Assembly (NCBI GenBank): GCA_040384485.1
Contig: JAZKJH010000003.1
Location: forward strand, 71,556 to 135,555
Direction: 5' to 3'
DNA length: 64,000 bases
Source of the DNA: Patescibacteria group bacterium
GTDB lineage: Bacteria > Patescibacteriota > Minisyncoccia > Phycocordibacterales > DATDWN01
Shown: one piece after another, positions 17,221 through 25,978 of the stretch
Numbering within the stretch: position 1 is the first letter of the stretch
Layout: the number at the start of each line of letters is the position of its first letter
Notes under the pieces: model-generated
The model's input: the letters and a program-made list of their open reading frames with translations, nothing else
What the model was told of the DNA's origin: nothing
Database searches by the model: none
Program-made: the position numbers and the translations under genes

Positions 17221-19575
17221 TTACACCTTAGTTTGTTCTGCCCAGTTATCCCCGACTGCAGCCTCTGCCACACACACTATCCCACTTATTTTCTTTGGAT
17301 CTATAATTCCTTCCATGATTTTTTTTACCTCAGGAACAATACTGTCTACCAAGTTTTCTTTTATCTCAAACACTAATTCATCATGTATCTGTAGAAGGAG
17401 TCTTGCATCATTAAGCAAGCCTTTGCTTACAAGAAACTTGTTCACTTCTATCATCGCCAGCTTTACTATATCTGCCTCAGTTCCTTGTATCGGCGCGTTT
17501 ACCGCCATTCTTTCAGCCTGGGCTTTCATAAAAGGGAGTCTTGAGTTTATGTCTGGGAAGTATCTTCTTCTGCCAAAAAATGTTTCGGTATAACCTTTTT
17601 GGGAAGTTTCTCTCTTTATTTTTTCCAGGTACTCCGCTAATCCAGAAAATGATTTGAAGTATTCATCTAAAAAAGTTTGAGCTTCTTCTCTGTTTGTCCC
17701 AATATTTTTCTGGAGAGCTGTGACCCCCATACCATACATAACGCCGAAGTTTATCACCTTGGCACGACTTCGCATTTCTTTAGTAACATCTTTGGCTTCT
17801 ACCCCGAACACTTCTCTGGCAACCGCTGTGTGAATATCCTCACCTTTTTTAAAAATATCTATCATCTTTTCATCCCCTGACAGAAAAGCTGCTATTCGTA
17901 GTTCTATTTGAGAATAGTCAAAAGAAACTAGCTTCCACCCTTTCTCAGCCACAAAAGACTTCCTAATTTCCCTACCTAATTCTGTCTTGTTTGGAATATT
18001 TTGCAGGTTTGGATTTTCACACCCCATTCTTCCTGTAGTTGTCCCTGTCTGCAAAAAGTCGGCATGTAGACGGTTATCTGTGTCCACCTGAGTAGGAATA
18101 GTATCTATATATGTACCCAAAAGCTTGGCCAGTTCTCTGTAATCCAAAACAAGTCCCGTCACGGGATGCTCATCCTTTAGTTTTTCTAGTTCTGATTCTT
18201 TTGTGGAAAATCCTCCACTCGCTGTTTTCTTTTGGTTTTTTGGTTTGAGTCCCATCTTTACAAACAGCATTTCTCCGAGTTGTTTAGGTGATGCAACATT
18301 GAACTCCTCCCCCACTATCTTCCAGATTTTCTTTTCTATCACTGTTAGTTCTTTATGATAGTCTTTGGAAAGTTTCAGCAGTCTTTCTTTATCTATTTTT
18401 ACACCAAACTCCTTCATTTTTTTAACAATCGGTATGAGTGGCATTTCTATTTCATCTACCACAAAAGACAGGTTCTGATCTCTGATTGTTTTTTCTAAGA
18501 CCTTCTTTGCATCCTCTAGAGTATGAGTTCTGGTGTAGGCCAAGATATCGTCCAGACTTGGGTTAGTTTTGTTAGAATCAATAACCCACAACAAAATGCC
18601 GGTTTTAAAAACTTCTTCTGGATCCTCGTCAAACAATACACTCTGGGGTATCTCGATAGAAAGCACTTCTCTAAACTTATTTGCTAAGGACCTAAACTCA
18701 AACTCCAAAAATAAGTCTTCAACTTTTTTCATATCTATTGCTTCTGTAAAGTTTTTTTCTGGAACAGAGAAATGTATAGGGGCGTCTCGCCTGATAGTTG
18801 CGAGCATTTTGGAAAACATTGCTTCTTCCTCCCCTTCTTTTAGGAGCTCTATAATTCTTTTTTTAATACCTGCCTTTAGAAAACTCTCTTCATCCTTTTT
18901 TAATTTTTTGTATATGTTTTCAATAGAACCAAAATTTACAATAAGCTCCTCTGCAGTCTTCTCTCCTATACCTTTAATTCCAATAATGTTGTCCGAAGGG
19001 TCACCTCGCAAACCTTTGTAGTCCGGCAAAAGTTCTGGTCCGAATTTAAATCTTTCTAACACAGCTTGCTCGTCGTAAATAATTGTATCCTTAATACCTT
19101 TTTTCAGAGTATAAACTCGAACCTTGGTGCCATCAATAAGCTGCATGGTATCCATATCTCCCGAGGCAATAACAACGTCTATATTTTTATCTGATTTTAA
19201 ATTATCTACGATAGTTCCCAACATATCATCTGCTTCAAAACCAGGAGAAGAATACATTGGAATATTTAGACCAGAAAAAACATCTTTAGAACGTTCAAGT
19301 TGAGTTATAAGAGCGCTGTCTATTTCCTTTCTACCAGCTTTATATGCCCCATATGCTTCGTGGCGCAGTGTTGGTTCAGGTAAGTCGTAACACGCAACAA
19401 TATAGTCAGGATGAACATCTTTTATGAGCTTTATGAGCATGGTACACAAGCCGTACAGAGCGCCTGTTGGCTCACCTTTACTTGAAGCGAACTCAGGAAG
19501 TGCATGATATGCCCTGTGCAAAATCGCATGAACGTCGAGAAGAGCTAAGGTTTTTTTGTTATTATTTTTTTTCAT
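17221..19575 (-). CDS. polA: DNA polymerase I
   Basis: 5'-3' exonuclease (EADD, GDPSDNI.G..GIG.KTA) and Pol A motifs (DYSQIELR, RAKVINFG..YG, LQIHDEL). Confidence 0.98.
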   Translation of the reverse strand: MKKNNNKKTLALLDVHAILHRAYHALPEFASSKGEPTGALYGLCTMLIKLIKDVHPDYIVACYDLPEPTLRHEAYGAYKAGRKEIDSALITQLERSKDVFSGLNIPMYSSPGFEADDMLGTIVDNLKSDKNIDVVIASGDMDTMQLIDGTKVRVYTLKKGIKDTIIYDEQAVLERFKFGPELLPDYKGLRGDPSDNIIGIKGIGEKTAEELIVNFGSIENIYKKLKKDEESFLKAGIKKRIIELLKEGEEEAMFSKMLATIRRDAPIHFSVPEKNFTEAIDMKKVEDLFLEFEFRSLANKFREVLSIEIPQSVLFDEDPEEVFKTGILLWVIDSNKTNPSLDDILAYTRTHTLEDAKKVLEKTIRDQNLSFVVDEIEMPLIPIVKKMKEFGVKIDKERLLKLSKDYHKELTVIEKKIWKIVGEEFNVASPKQLGEMLFVKMGLKPKNQKKTASGGFSTKESELEKLKDEHPVTGLVLDYRELAKLLGTYIDTIPTQVDTDNRLHADFLQTGTTTGRMGCENPNLQNIPNKTELGREIRKSFVAEKGWKLVSFDYSQIELRIAAFLSGDEKMIDIFKKGEDIHTAVAREVFGVEAKDVTKEMRSRAKVINFGVMYGMGVTALQKNIGTNREEAQTFLDEYFKSFSGLAEYLEKIKRETSQKGYTETFFGRRRYFPDINSRLPFMKAQAERMAVNAPIQGTEADIVKLAMIEVNKFLVSKGLLNDARLLLQIHDELVFEIKENLVDSIVPEVKKIMEGIIDPKKISGIVCVAEAAVGDNWAEQTKV

Positions 19576-20015
19576 TATATTGAAAGTATCTCGATATTTC
19601 GTGAATCCTCGGAATCACCCGCTTGGATACGCACCTGTATATGTTCAGGCATAGCGTCAAGCACTATCTCTGGCCATTCTATAAGAATTAAATTATTTTT
19701 GTCTTTCAAGATTTCATTCCAGCCCAGATGTAATAGCTCTCCCGAATCTTTCAAACGATAGGCATCTATATGAATCAGATGTGTAAATTTTTGCTTTTCT
19801 AGTTCGTATATTTTTTCAATAACAAAAGTTGGGCTGGTGATGGTTTCATAAATTCCCAACACACTTGCTACGTATTTGGTAAATGCTGTTTTGCCGGCCC
19901 CAAGGTTTCCATATAGTCCCACTACAGTGGCAGTGCTTTCTTTCGGAACAAGAGAATTAACGAAGCTTTCTGCAACCTTTCTTGTTTCTTCTAGATTTTT
20001 AGCCTGGTATTGCAT
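19575..20015 (-). CDS. tsaE: tRNA t6A biosynthesis ATPase TsaE
   Basis: GNLGAGKT, SPTF, HIDAYRL, IEWPE. Confidence 0.96.
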   Translation of the reverse strand: MQYQAKNLEETRKVAESFVNSLVPKESTATVVGLYGNLGAGKTAFTKYVASVLGIYETITSPTFVIEKIYELEKQKFTHLIHIDAYRLKDSGELLHLGWNEILKDKNNLILIEWPEIVLDAMPEHIQVRIQAGDSEDSRNIEILSI

Positions 20016-20085
20016 AAGCAGATTTTAACATATTTTAGGTAAGAAAAATGGCCGAGGGATTGTATCCCCCGACCGGTATAAATCT

Positions 20086-20430
20086 CTATCTCAGTCTGCC
20101 ACTAAACCCTCGAATGGACCAGGATTGATTCCTGTATCCATATCTCCCAGAACGGCGGGCGTAAAACTCGTTCTCTGTGAAGCCCGCAAGCTTCCCAGAT
20201 TTGAAGACCTTACAGGAAAGCAACATGTTCTGCCGCCCTGACCAGAAATGTATCCTGGCATCCTTTCCACTCTGAAGAGGGCCTACTTCCTCTCCGTTTC
20301 GAAACAAAACGCAGTCTTGTTGGGTATTGTTGGAAACCAACACATAACCAGCCGAAACGGCGAGTTGCATTGTGGCGCAGGCATTAGTGCTGGCCACAAT
20401 CACCACACTCAAAATGAGTTTTTTCATCAA
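20086..20430 (-). CDS. Hypothetical exported or lipoprotein-like protein
   Basis: Signal peptide ending TNAC; SD GAGGT; own promoter and downstream hairpin. Confidence 0.65.
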   Translation of the reverse strand: MMKKLILSVVIVASTNACATMQLAVSAGYVLVSNNTQQDCVLFRNGEEVGPLQSGKDARIHFWSGRQNMLLSCKVFKSGKLAGFTENEFYARRSGRYGYRNQSWSIRGFSGRLR

Positions 20431-20445
20431 TTCACCTCTGTTTAT

Positions 20446-20474
20446 ATTATACTTCTATATAGCTTAGTTGTCAA
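20446..20474 (-). promoter_or_regulatory. Perfect-consensus sigma70 promoter
   Basis: TTGACA-17 nt-TATAAT on the minus strand upstream of 20430. Confidence 0.85.
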
Positions 20475-20528
20475 ATATGTTCAAAAGAAAGCTTATTGCA
20501 GCGGCTGTTGTGTTATTATTATTGCTAT

Positions 20529-22202
20529 ATGATCATTTTTGATGAAGAGAATCAGCAGAAAAAAATTGGTGAGCTTCGAAAACGAGAAGAGGAAGAGCTC
20601 GCTCAAACACTTTCTGGAAAATATGGCCTCCCCTATCTCGACCTAACCTCTGTTCCTATCAACATTGACGCACTTCGAGTTATTGGTGAGATAGAAGCAC
20701 GAGAGTCTCAACTCGCTGTATTCAACGAAATAAACAAAATACTTAGCATTGGTGTTCTGTCTCCGAACAATCCAAAAACCTTGGAGTCTCTCAACAAAAT
20801 GAAAGAGAGTGGTTATGAAATAGAGCTTTTTATGGTTTCTCATTTAAGTTTAAATAAAGTATGGGACCGTTACAAAGACTTGTCTTACTCTTTTGAAACA
20901 AAGTCTGGAGCATTGGATATTTCAAACGAGCAGATAACTGAGTTTTTGTCCCAAGTTCAAGCCATTCCTGATGTGCAAAAACTTATTGGTGATGTTTTGC
21001 ATATGAAAAAAAGTTATAGAATCTCACGAATCATGGAAATTATACTGGCTGGAGCTATGGCAACAGGTTCTTCGGATATCCACCTTGAACCGGAAGAAGA
21101 TTATGTTCGTCTGAGATACCGTTTAGATGGAATACTGACTGAGATTCTACAGTTTGACTTGGAGACATATAAACTCCTTTTGTCACGTCTAAAACTTATT
21201 TCAAACATGAAACTAAACGTCACTGGTGCCCAAGACGGAAGGTTTAGTATCAAAGTAAAAGATGATGAAATAGAAATAAGAAGTTCTATTCTTCCTGGTG
21301 CTTATAGTGAGTCAGTAGTTCTGAGAGTACTTAACCCAAACTCAATCTCTGTTCCCTTAGAAGAACTAGGAATTCATCCAAAATTACTAGAGAAAATATT
21401 TCGAGAAATCCGAAAGCCGAATGGAATGATACTTATTACTGGACCTACGGGAAGTGGTAAAACAACCACCCTGTATGCCTTCTTGAAAAAAATACACACT
21501 CCGGAAGTAAAAATAATTACAATAGAAAACCCTATTGAGTACCACCTTCCTGGTGTTGTACAAACCCAGACCGACGACAAAAAAGGTTATGGCTTTGCCG
21601 AAGGATTGCGAAGTGCTCTAAGACAGGACCCAGACATAATCATGGTGGGAGAGATTAGAGACGGCGAGACTGCTGAGATAGCGATAAACTCTGCGCTTAC
21701 TGGGCACTTGGTGTTCTCTACCCTACACACCAACAATGCAGCTGGAACATTTCCACGACTAATAGACCTTGGAATAAATTCCAAAGTTCTTTCTTCGTCT
21801 ATAAACATGGCGATGGCTCAGAGACTTGTTAGAAAACTTTGCTCAGTCTGTAAAAAAGAAGTGTTGATTGAAGAAAAAGATAAAGAAATAGTTTCAGCTA
21901 TAGCTGGAACAATAGTAGATAAAACTTATCTAGAAGGAATTAGTTTAGATAAAATGTTTGTAGGAGTAGGATGTGAAAAATGTAACATGACCGGGTACAA
22001 AGGTAGGCTTGGAGTTCACGAGGCTATTCTGATGGATGAAAACATAGAAAACATTGTAAAAGACAACCCAAGTGAACGTGAGATACGACAAGCCTCCCTA
22101 TCTCAAAACTTGTTGGATTTAGCCCAAGACGGAATTGTAAAAGTTCTACAAGGAAAAACAACCTTGAGTGAGCTTGGAAGAATCATAGATATTGAAAAAT
22201 AG
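20529..22202 (+). CDS. pilB: Type IV pilus assembly ATPase PilB/GspE
   Basis: SDIHLEP, QDGRF, GPTGSGKTTTLY, LRQDPDIIMVGEIRD, TGHLVFSTLHTN, CxxC...CxxC. Confidence 0.93.
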   Translation: MIIFDEENQQKKIGELRKREEEELAQTLSGKYGLPYLDLTSVPINIDALRVIGEIEARESQLAVFNEINKILSIGVLSPNNPKTLESLNKMKESGYEIELFMVSHLSLNKVWDRYKDLSYSFETKSGALDISNEQITEFLSQVQAIPDVQKLIGDVLHMKKSYRISRIMEIILAGAMATGSSDIHLEPEEDYVRLRYRLDGILTEILQFDLETYKLLLSRLKLISNMKLNVTGAQDGRFSIKVKDDEIEIRSSILPGAYSESVVLRVLNPNSISVPLEELGIHPKLLEKIFREIRKPNGMILITGPTGSGKTTTLYAFLKKIHTPEVKIITIENPIEYHLPGVVQTQTDDKKGYGFAEGLRSALRQDPDIIMVGEIRDGETAEIAINSALTGHLVFSTLHTNNAAGTFPRLIDLGINSKVLSSSINMAMAQRLVRKLCSVCKKEVLIEEKDKEIVSAIAGTIVDKTYLEGISLDKMFVGVGCEKCNMTGYKGRLGVHEAILMDENIENIVKDNPSEREIRQASLSQNLLDLAQDGIVKVLQGKTTLSELGRIIDIEK

Positions 22203-22339
22203 AGTTTTTAAAAAATCAAGGTAAAACTTATTTGCCACACCTTTTTCCTTAGGTTGTAGTGGAAAAATCTCTTGCCTAATCTAGCCCTATATGAATAATT
22301 AGTAGTAGGAGTCTGATGGAGACTCTGGAGAATACAAAA

Positions 22340-22508
22340 GCTCCAAACCATAAATCTCTAAGCAACACTTTTAATATTGATACCAAAAGCTAAGTGTTTG
22401 ACAAAGGATAATTCCAGAGTATTACACAAGGTAATATCCAGAATGTCCTCGTGGAAAGACTCTTAAACACCGGAATGTTTAGTTGCTTAGAGATTTATTT
22501 TTTGGAGC
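22340..22508 (+). ncRNA. Candidate 6S RNA (long rod-like hairpin with central bubble); strand uncertain
   Basis: GCTCCA/TGGAGC closing stem; perfect 17-bp ATAAATCTCTAAGCAAC (22350-66)/GTTGCTTAGAGATTTAT (22482-98); inner GTGTTT/AAACAC stem; about 170 nt in an ORF-free gap. Confidence 0.55.
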
Positions 22509-22663
22509 CCGTAAGAAGATCGTAGAAACAAAAAAGGCTCGTCTTTTGAGAACAGTAGCCATTCGAATATCAGCTTAGCACGAAAGATTTTTTCTGTCAA
22601 CCCCCTCCCCTTTGACACATTTGCCTCCAAAATACCTATTATTTTTTGTGATATAATTTTCAT

Positions 22664-23668
22664 ATGATGAAGAAAAATACTGAGGAATCCGTGAGTCCTG
22701 ACAATTTGTTTTTAGACACAACTTTGCGTCCCTCCAAATGGGACGATTATGTGGGTCAAACAAACATAAAGAAAAACCTCCACATCCTACTCACTGCTGC
22801 AAAAGAGCGAGAGCACCCTCCTGAGCACATTTTGTTCTACGGTCCTCCAGGTTTGGGAAAAACCACCCTGGCCCATCTGGTGGCAAAAGAGCTAAATGCC
22901 CAAATGAAAGTCACTAGTGGACCTGCTATAGAAAAAGTAGGTGACCTTGCTTCCATACTTACTAACCTATCCCCTGGAGATATTTTGTTTATAGATGAGA
23001 TTCATAGGTTAAATAAATCGATTGAAGAGGTTCTCTATCCTGCCATGGAATCCGGTTCTTTAGATATCATCATAGGAAAAGGGCCGTCTGCCAGAACAAT
23101 TCAACTAGAACTTCCTCCCTTTACTCTGATTGGTGCTACCACTCGCATAGCCATGATCAGCTCCCCTCTTCGCTCAAGATTCTCAGGTGGAATTTTCAAG
23201 CTAGAGTTTTATACTAATGACGAAATAAAGAAAATAATCACTCGTTCAGCAAAAATACTGGGTATAGATTTGGAGGACAGTGCCAGTGAAGAAATAGCGA
23301 AGCGAAGCAGGTTCACCCCAAGAACTGCAAACTACTTTCTAAAAAGATGTAGGGACTTTGCCCAGGTCAACAAAACTGAGTTAACCAAAAAGTCTGTAGA
23401 CGAAGCTCTTAAAATGTTAGGTATTGACTCAGTAGGACTTTCTCCTTCTGACCGGGACTTGTTGCACACCATTATAAATAAATTCTCTGGTGGCCCTGTG
23501 GGACTCAACACACTAGGAGCAGCCATGTCTGAAGAGCAGGCCACGATAGAAGAGTTTAACGAGCCGTATTTAATACAACTTGGTTTCCTTGATCGAACTC
23601 CTCGCGGAAGGGTGGTCACATCTTCAGGTTACGAACATTTGGGTCTCACTCCCCCAACATTGCTTTAA
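22664..23668 (+). CDS. ruvB: Holliday junction branch migration helicase RuvB
   Basis: LRP..WDDYVGQ, GPPGLGKTTLA, FIDEIHRL, GATTR, RTPRGR. Confidence 0.98.
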   Translation: MMKKNTEESVSPDNLFLDTTLRPSKWDDYVGQTNIKKNLHILLTAAKEREHPPEHILFYGPPGLGKTTLAHLVAKELNAQMKVTSGPAIEKVGDLASILTNLSPGDILFIDEIHRLNKSIEEVLYPAMESGSLDIIIGKGPSARTIQLELPPFTLIGATTRIAMISSPLRSRFSGGIFKLEFYTNDEIKKIITRSAKILGIDLEDSASEEIAKRSRFTPRTANYFLKRCRDFAQVNKTELTKKSVDEALKMLGIDSVGLSPSDRDLLHTIINKFSGGPVGLNTLGAAMSEEQATIEEFNEPYLIQLGFLDRTPRGRVVTSSGYEHLGLTPPTLL

Positions 23669-23690
23669 TTATTAATTTTAAATCAACATC

Positions 23691-24221
23691 ATGGCAGGTC
23701 ATAACAAATGGTCAAAAATAAAAAGACAGAAAGAAAAAACTGACGGACAGAAAAGTAAAATCTATGGAAAATTTGTGCGCCTTATTTCTGCTGAAGCTAG
23801 AAGATGTGGAGGTGACATAACATCTCCTGGACTAAAAGCAGTTATAGATAGAGCAAAAGCCGCCAATGTCCCGGCAGACAATATAGAAAGAGCAGTGAAA
23901 AAGTTTGCCGATGGAGGTGCTGAAATGGAATCTATTGTGTATGAAGCATATGGACCAGGTGGTTGCGCTATGGTTATCGAAACACTGACTGACAGTAGAA
24001 ATAGAGTATCGAATGAAATAAAACACATCCTGTCCCTCCATGGTTTCAGTTTGGCTGGCATTGGTTCTGCAACGTGGGCTTTTACTCATAACCCAGGAGA
24101 AGAATGGATTCCCACAATGACTGTTCCTTTGTCAGATGAGGATGCAGAAAAACTTGGAAAGTTGATTGATGATTTGGAAGAAAACGACGACGTGCAGGAT
24201 GTTTATACTAACGCAGAATAA
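23691..24221 (+). CDS. yebC: YebC/PmpR family protein (short form)
   Basis: MAGHNKWSKIKR, YEAYGPGG, LEENDDVQDVYTN. Confidence 0.93.
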   Translation: MAGHNKWSKIKRQKEKTDGQKSKIYGKFVRLISAEARRCGGDITSPGLKAVIDRAKAANVPADNIERAVKKFADGGAEMESIVYEAYGPGGCAMVIETLTDSRNRVSNEIKHILSLHGFSLAGIGSATWAFTHNPGEEWIPTMTVPLSDEDAEKLGKLIDDLEENDDVQDVYTNAE

Positions 24222-24222
24222 T

Positions 24223-24528
24223 ATGAAAAAATTTACCGTCATAATCAGTGTGCTGATAATCCTTTTACTGGGCGGTTACTATTTTTACCAATCGGCAGCC
24301 AAAGAAATATCTGAGTACCACTGGACGTTTTGTGAAAATGGTTATAGTACATACTACAAAGGTGTAGTAGATGGTGGAAGTACCTCATATGATTTGGATG
24401 GGAAAGAGTTAGGATCATGCACTTTTTGGACAGAAATTGAAGGTGGAAAGTGTCCGAATATTGGTAGTAAATGTAAAACAGAGACTAGTGTTTATAAAAT
24501 TTTTCTTAAAACTAAGCTTAATTTTTAA
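24223..24528 (+). CDS. Hypothetical small membrane-anchored protein with four Cys
   Basis: MKKFTVIISVLIILLLGGYYFY anchor; in operon with yebC. Confidence 0.65.
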   Translation: MKKFTVIISVLIILLLGGYYFYQSAAKEISEYHWTFCENGYSTYYKGVVDGGSTSYDLDGKELGSCTFWTEIEGGKCPNIGSKCKTETSVYKIFLKTKLNF

Positions 24529-24531
24529 CGC

Positions 24532-25236
24532 ATGAAAAAACCTATCATACTGTGTGCGCGCGCCTTAGTAGACAAAAGATTGGTCGTAAATGAAGCCTAT
24601 GCAAAAGCTATAGAGAACTCTGGTGGAATACTATTAATGCTTGCTAGTGAGGTTGAGGATTTTGAGTTAGATGATGTTCTGCAAAATGTAGATGGCTTGT
24701 TGCTTACAGGTGGAACAGATGTAAATCCGAGTCTATATGAAGAAGAAAAGAAAGAATACACTGGGGACTCTGACAACTACAGAGATATTGTCGAATCTAT
24801 GCTTATAGAAAAAGCTATTGAAAAAAAGATGCCTATTCTGGGAATATGTAGGGGTATGCAAATGCTAAATGTAAAACTAGGTGGAAGTTTATACCAAGAT
24901 ATTTTAAAAGAAATGCCTGGCTCCCTTCAGCACGACAGGCATCACGACGGACCACGCTCTATGCCAGCTCACAAAGTGACTGTAAAAGAAAATTCTCTTA
25001 TGCATTCTGTGCTGGGAACTACAGAGATAGAAGTAAATAGTCTGCACCACCAAGGTATAAAAACTTTGAGCCCTGAGCTGAAAGCTACTTGTGTTACGCC
25101 TGACGGTCTCGTGGAGGGAGCGGAAATGTCAGACTACCCTTTCTTGTTATGTATGCAGTGGCATCCTGAGGAACTTTTAGAAACTCCTGTTTGGAAAAAT
25201 ATATTTGATGCTTTTATAAATGCTTGTAAAAAATAA
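24532..25236 (+). CDS. Peptidase C26 / gamma-glutamyl-gamma-aminobutyrate hydrolase family (class I glutamine amidotransferase-like)
   Basis: GLLLTGG.DV.P, PILGICRGMQ, VNSLHHQ, QWHPE. Confidence 0.93.
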   Translation: MKKPIILCARALVDKRLVVNEAYAKAIENSGGILLMLASEVEDFELDDVLQNVDGLLLTGGTDVNPSLYEEEKKEYTGDSDNYRDIVESMLIEKAIEKKMPILGICRGMQMLNVKLGGSLYQDILKEMPGSLQHDRHHDGPRSMPAHKVTVKENSLMHSVLGTTEIEVNSLHHQGIKTLSPELKATCVTPDGLVEGAEMSDYPFLLCMQWHPEELLETPVWKNIFDAFINACKK

Positions 25237-25709
25237 TGAAGATAATCTCTATAGATCCAGGATATGAAAGGCTGGGAATAGCAGTTATAGAAAAAGAACT
25301 CAAGGGCAAAGAGGTTTTGCTGTTTTCAGAGTGTTTCAAAACCTCAGCCAAACTCCCCCACCACGAGCGTCTTACTCTTATCGGAAACAGAATTAAAGAA
25401 GTGATAAAAAAATGGAAACCGCAGGCGTTAGCTACAGAAAAACTTTTCTTCAGTGCCAACCAGAAAACTGCTTTGTTTGTAGCCGAGGCTAGGGGTGTCA
25501 TACTTTACGCCGGAAGCTCAGAGAGTCTTCCAGTTTTTGAGTATCGACCTAACGAAATAAAAATAGCCATCACAGGCTATGGCAGAAGCGAAAAAAAACA
25601 GATGATGGATATGACTCGCAAACTGATAAAAATTGATTCAAAAACAAAAAGTGATGATGAGTTTGATGCGATTGCCATTGGTCTTACTCACTTTGCAATA
25701 AGTAGATGA
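25236..25709 (+). CDS. ruvC: Crossover junction endodeoxyribonuclease RuvC
   Basis: IDPG, EKLFF..N, AEARGVI, TGYG...K, DDEFDAIAI. Confidence 0.95.
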   Translation: MKIISIDPGYERLGIAVIEKELKGKEVLLFSECFKTSAKLPHHERLTLIGNRIKEVIKKWKPQALATEKLFFSANQKTALFVAEARGVILYAGSSESLPVFEYRPNEIKIAITGYGRSEKKQMMDMTRKLIKIDSKTKSDDEFDAIAIGLTHFAISR

Positions 25710-25741
25710 TTGTGCTTTAATTCGAGTCAGAAGGAGTATAT

Positions 25742-25930
25742 ATGGCTGAGTACACTGCTCAATTCCAGCTTGGAAACAAAGGACTTGAATCAAGTTTCCA
25801 AGCAGTTGATGATAAAGAAGCAAGAGATATTGCCGATAAATATGCAGAGGGTCTCGCTTCAATAAAAAAAGGTTACACCTGCAAAGTGCTTGCTGTCTGG
25901 CAAGGTGATAGAATGCTTATTTTGAAGTAA
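25742..25930 (+). CDS. Hypothetical 62-aa protein
   Basis: Strong SD AAGGAG; fills the gap before a hairpin; F.A.DD.EA..IA pattern. Confidence 0.55.
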   Translation: MAEYTAQFQLGNKGLESSFQAVDDKEARDIADKYAEGLASIKKGYTCKVLAVWQGDRMLILK

Positions 25931-25978
25931 AACGGTATAGCAAAAAACTGCCTTTGCCGTTTTTTGTTATAAAAATCC

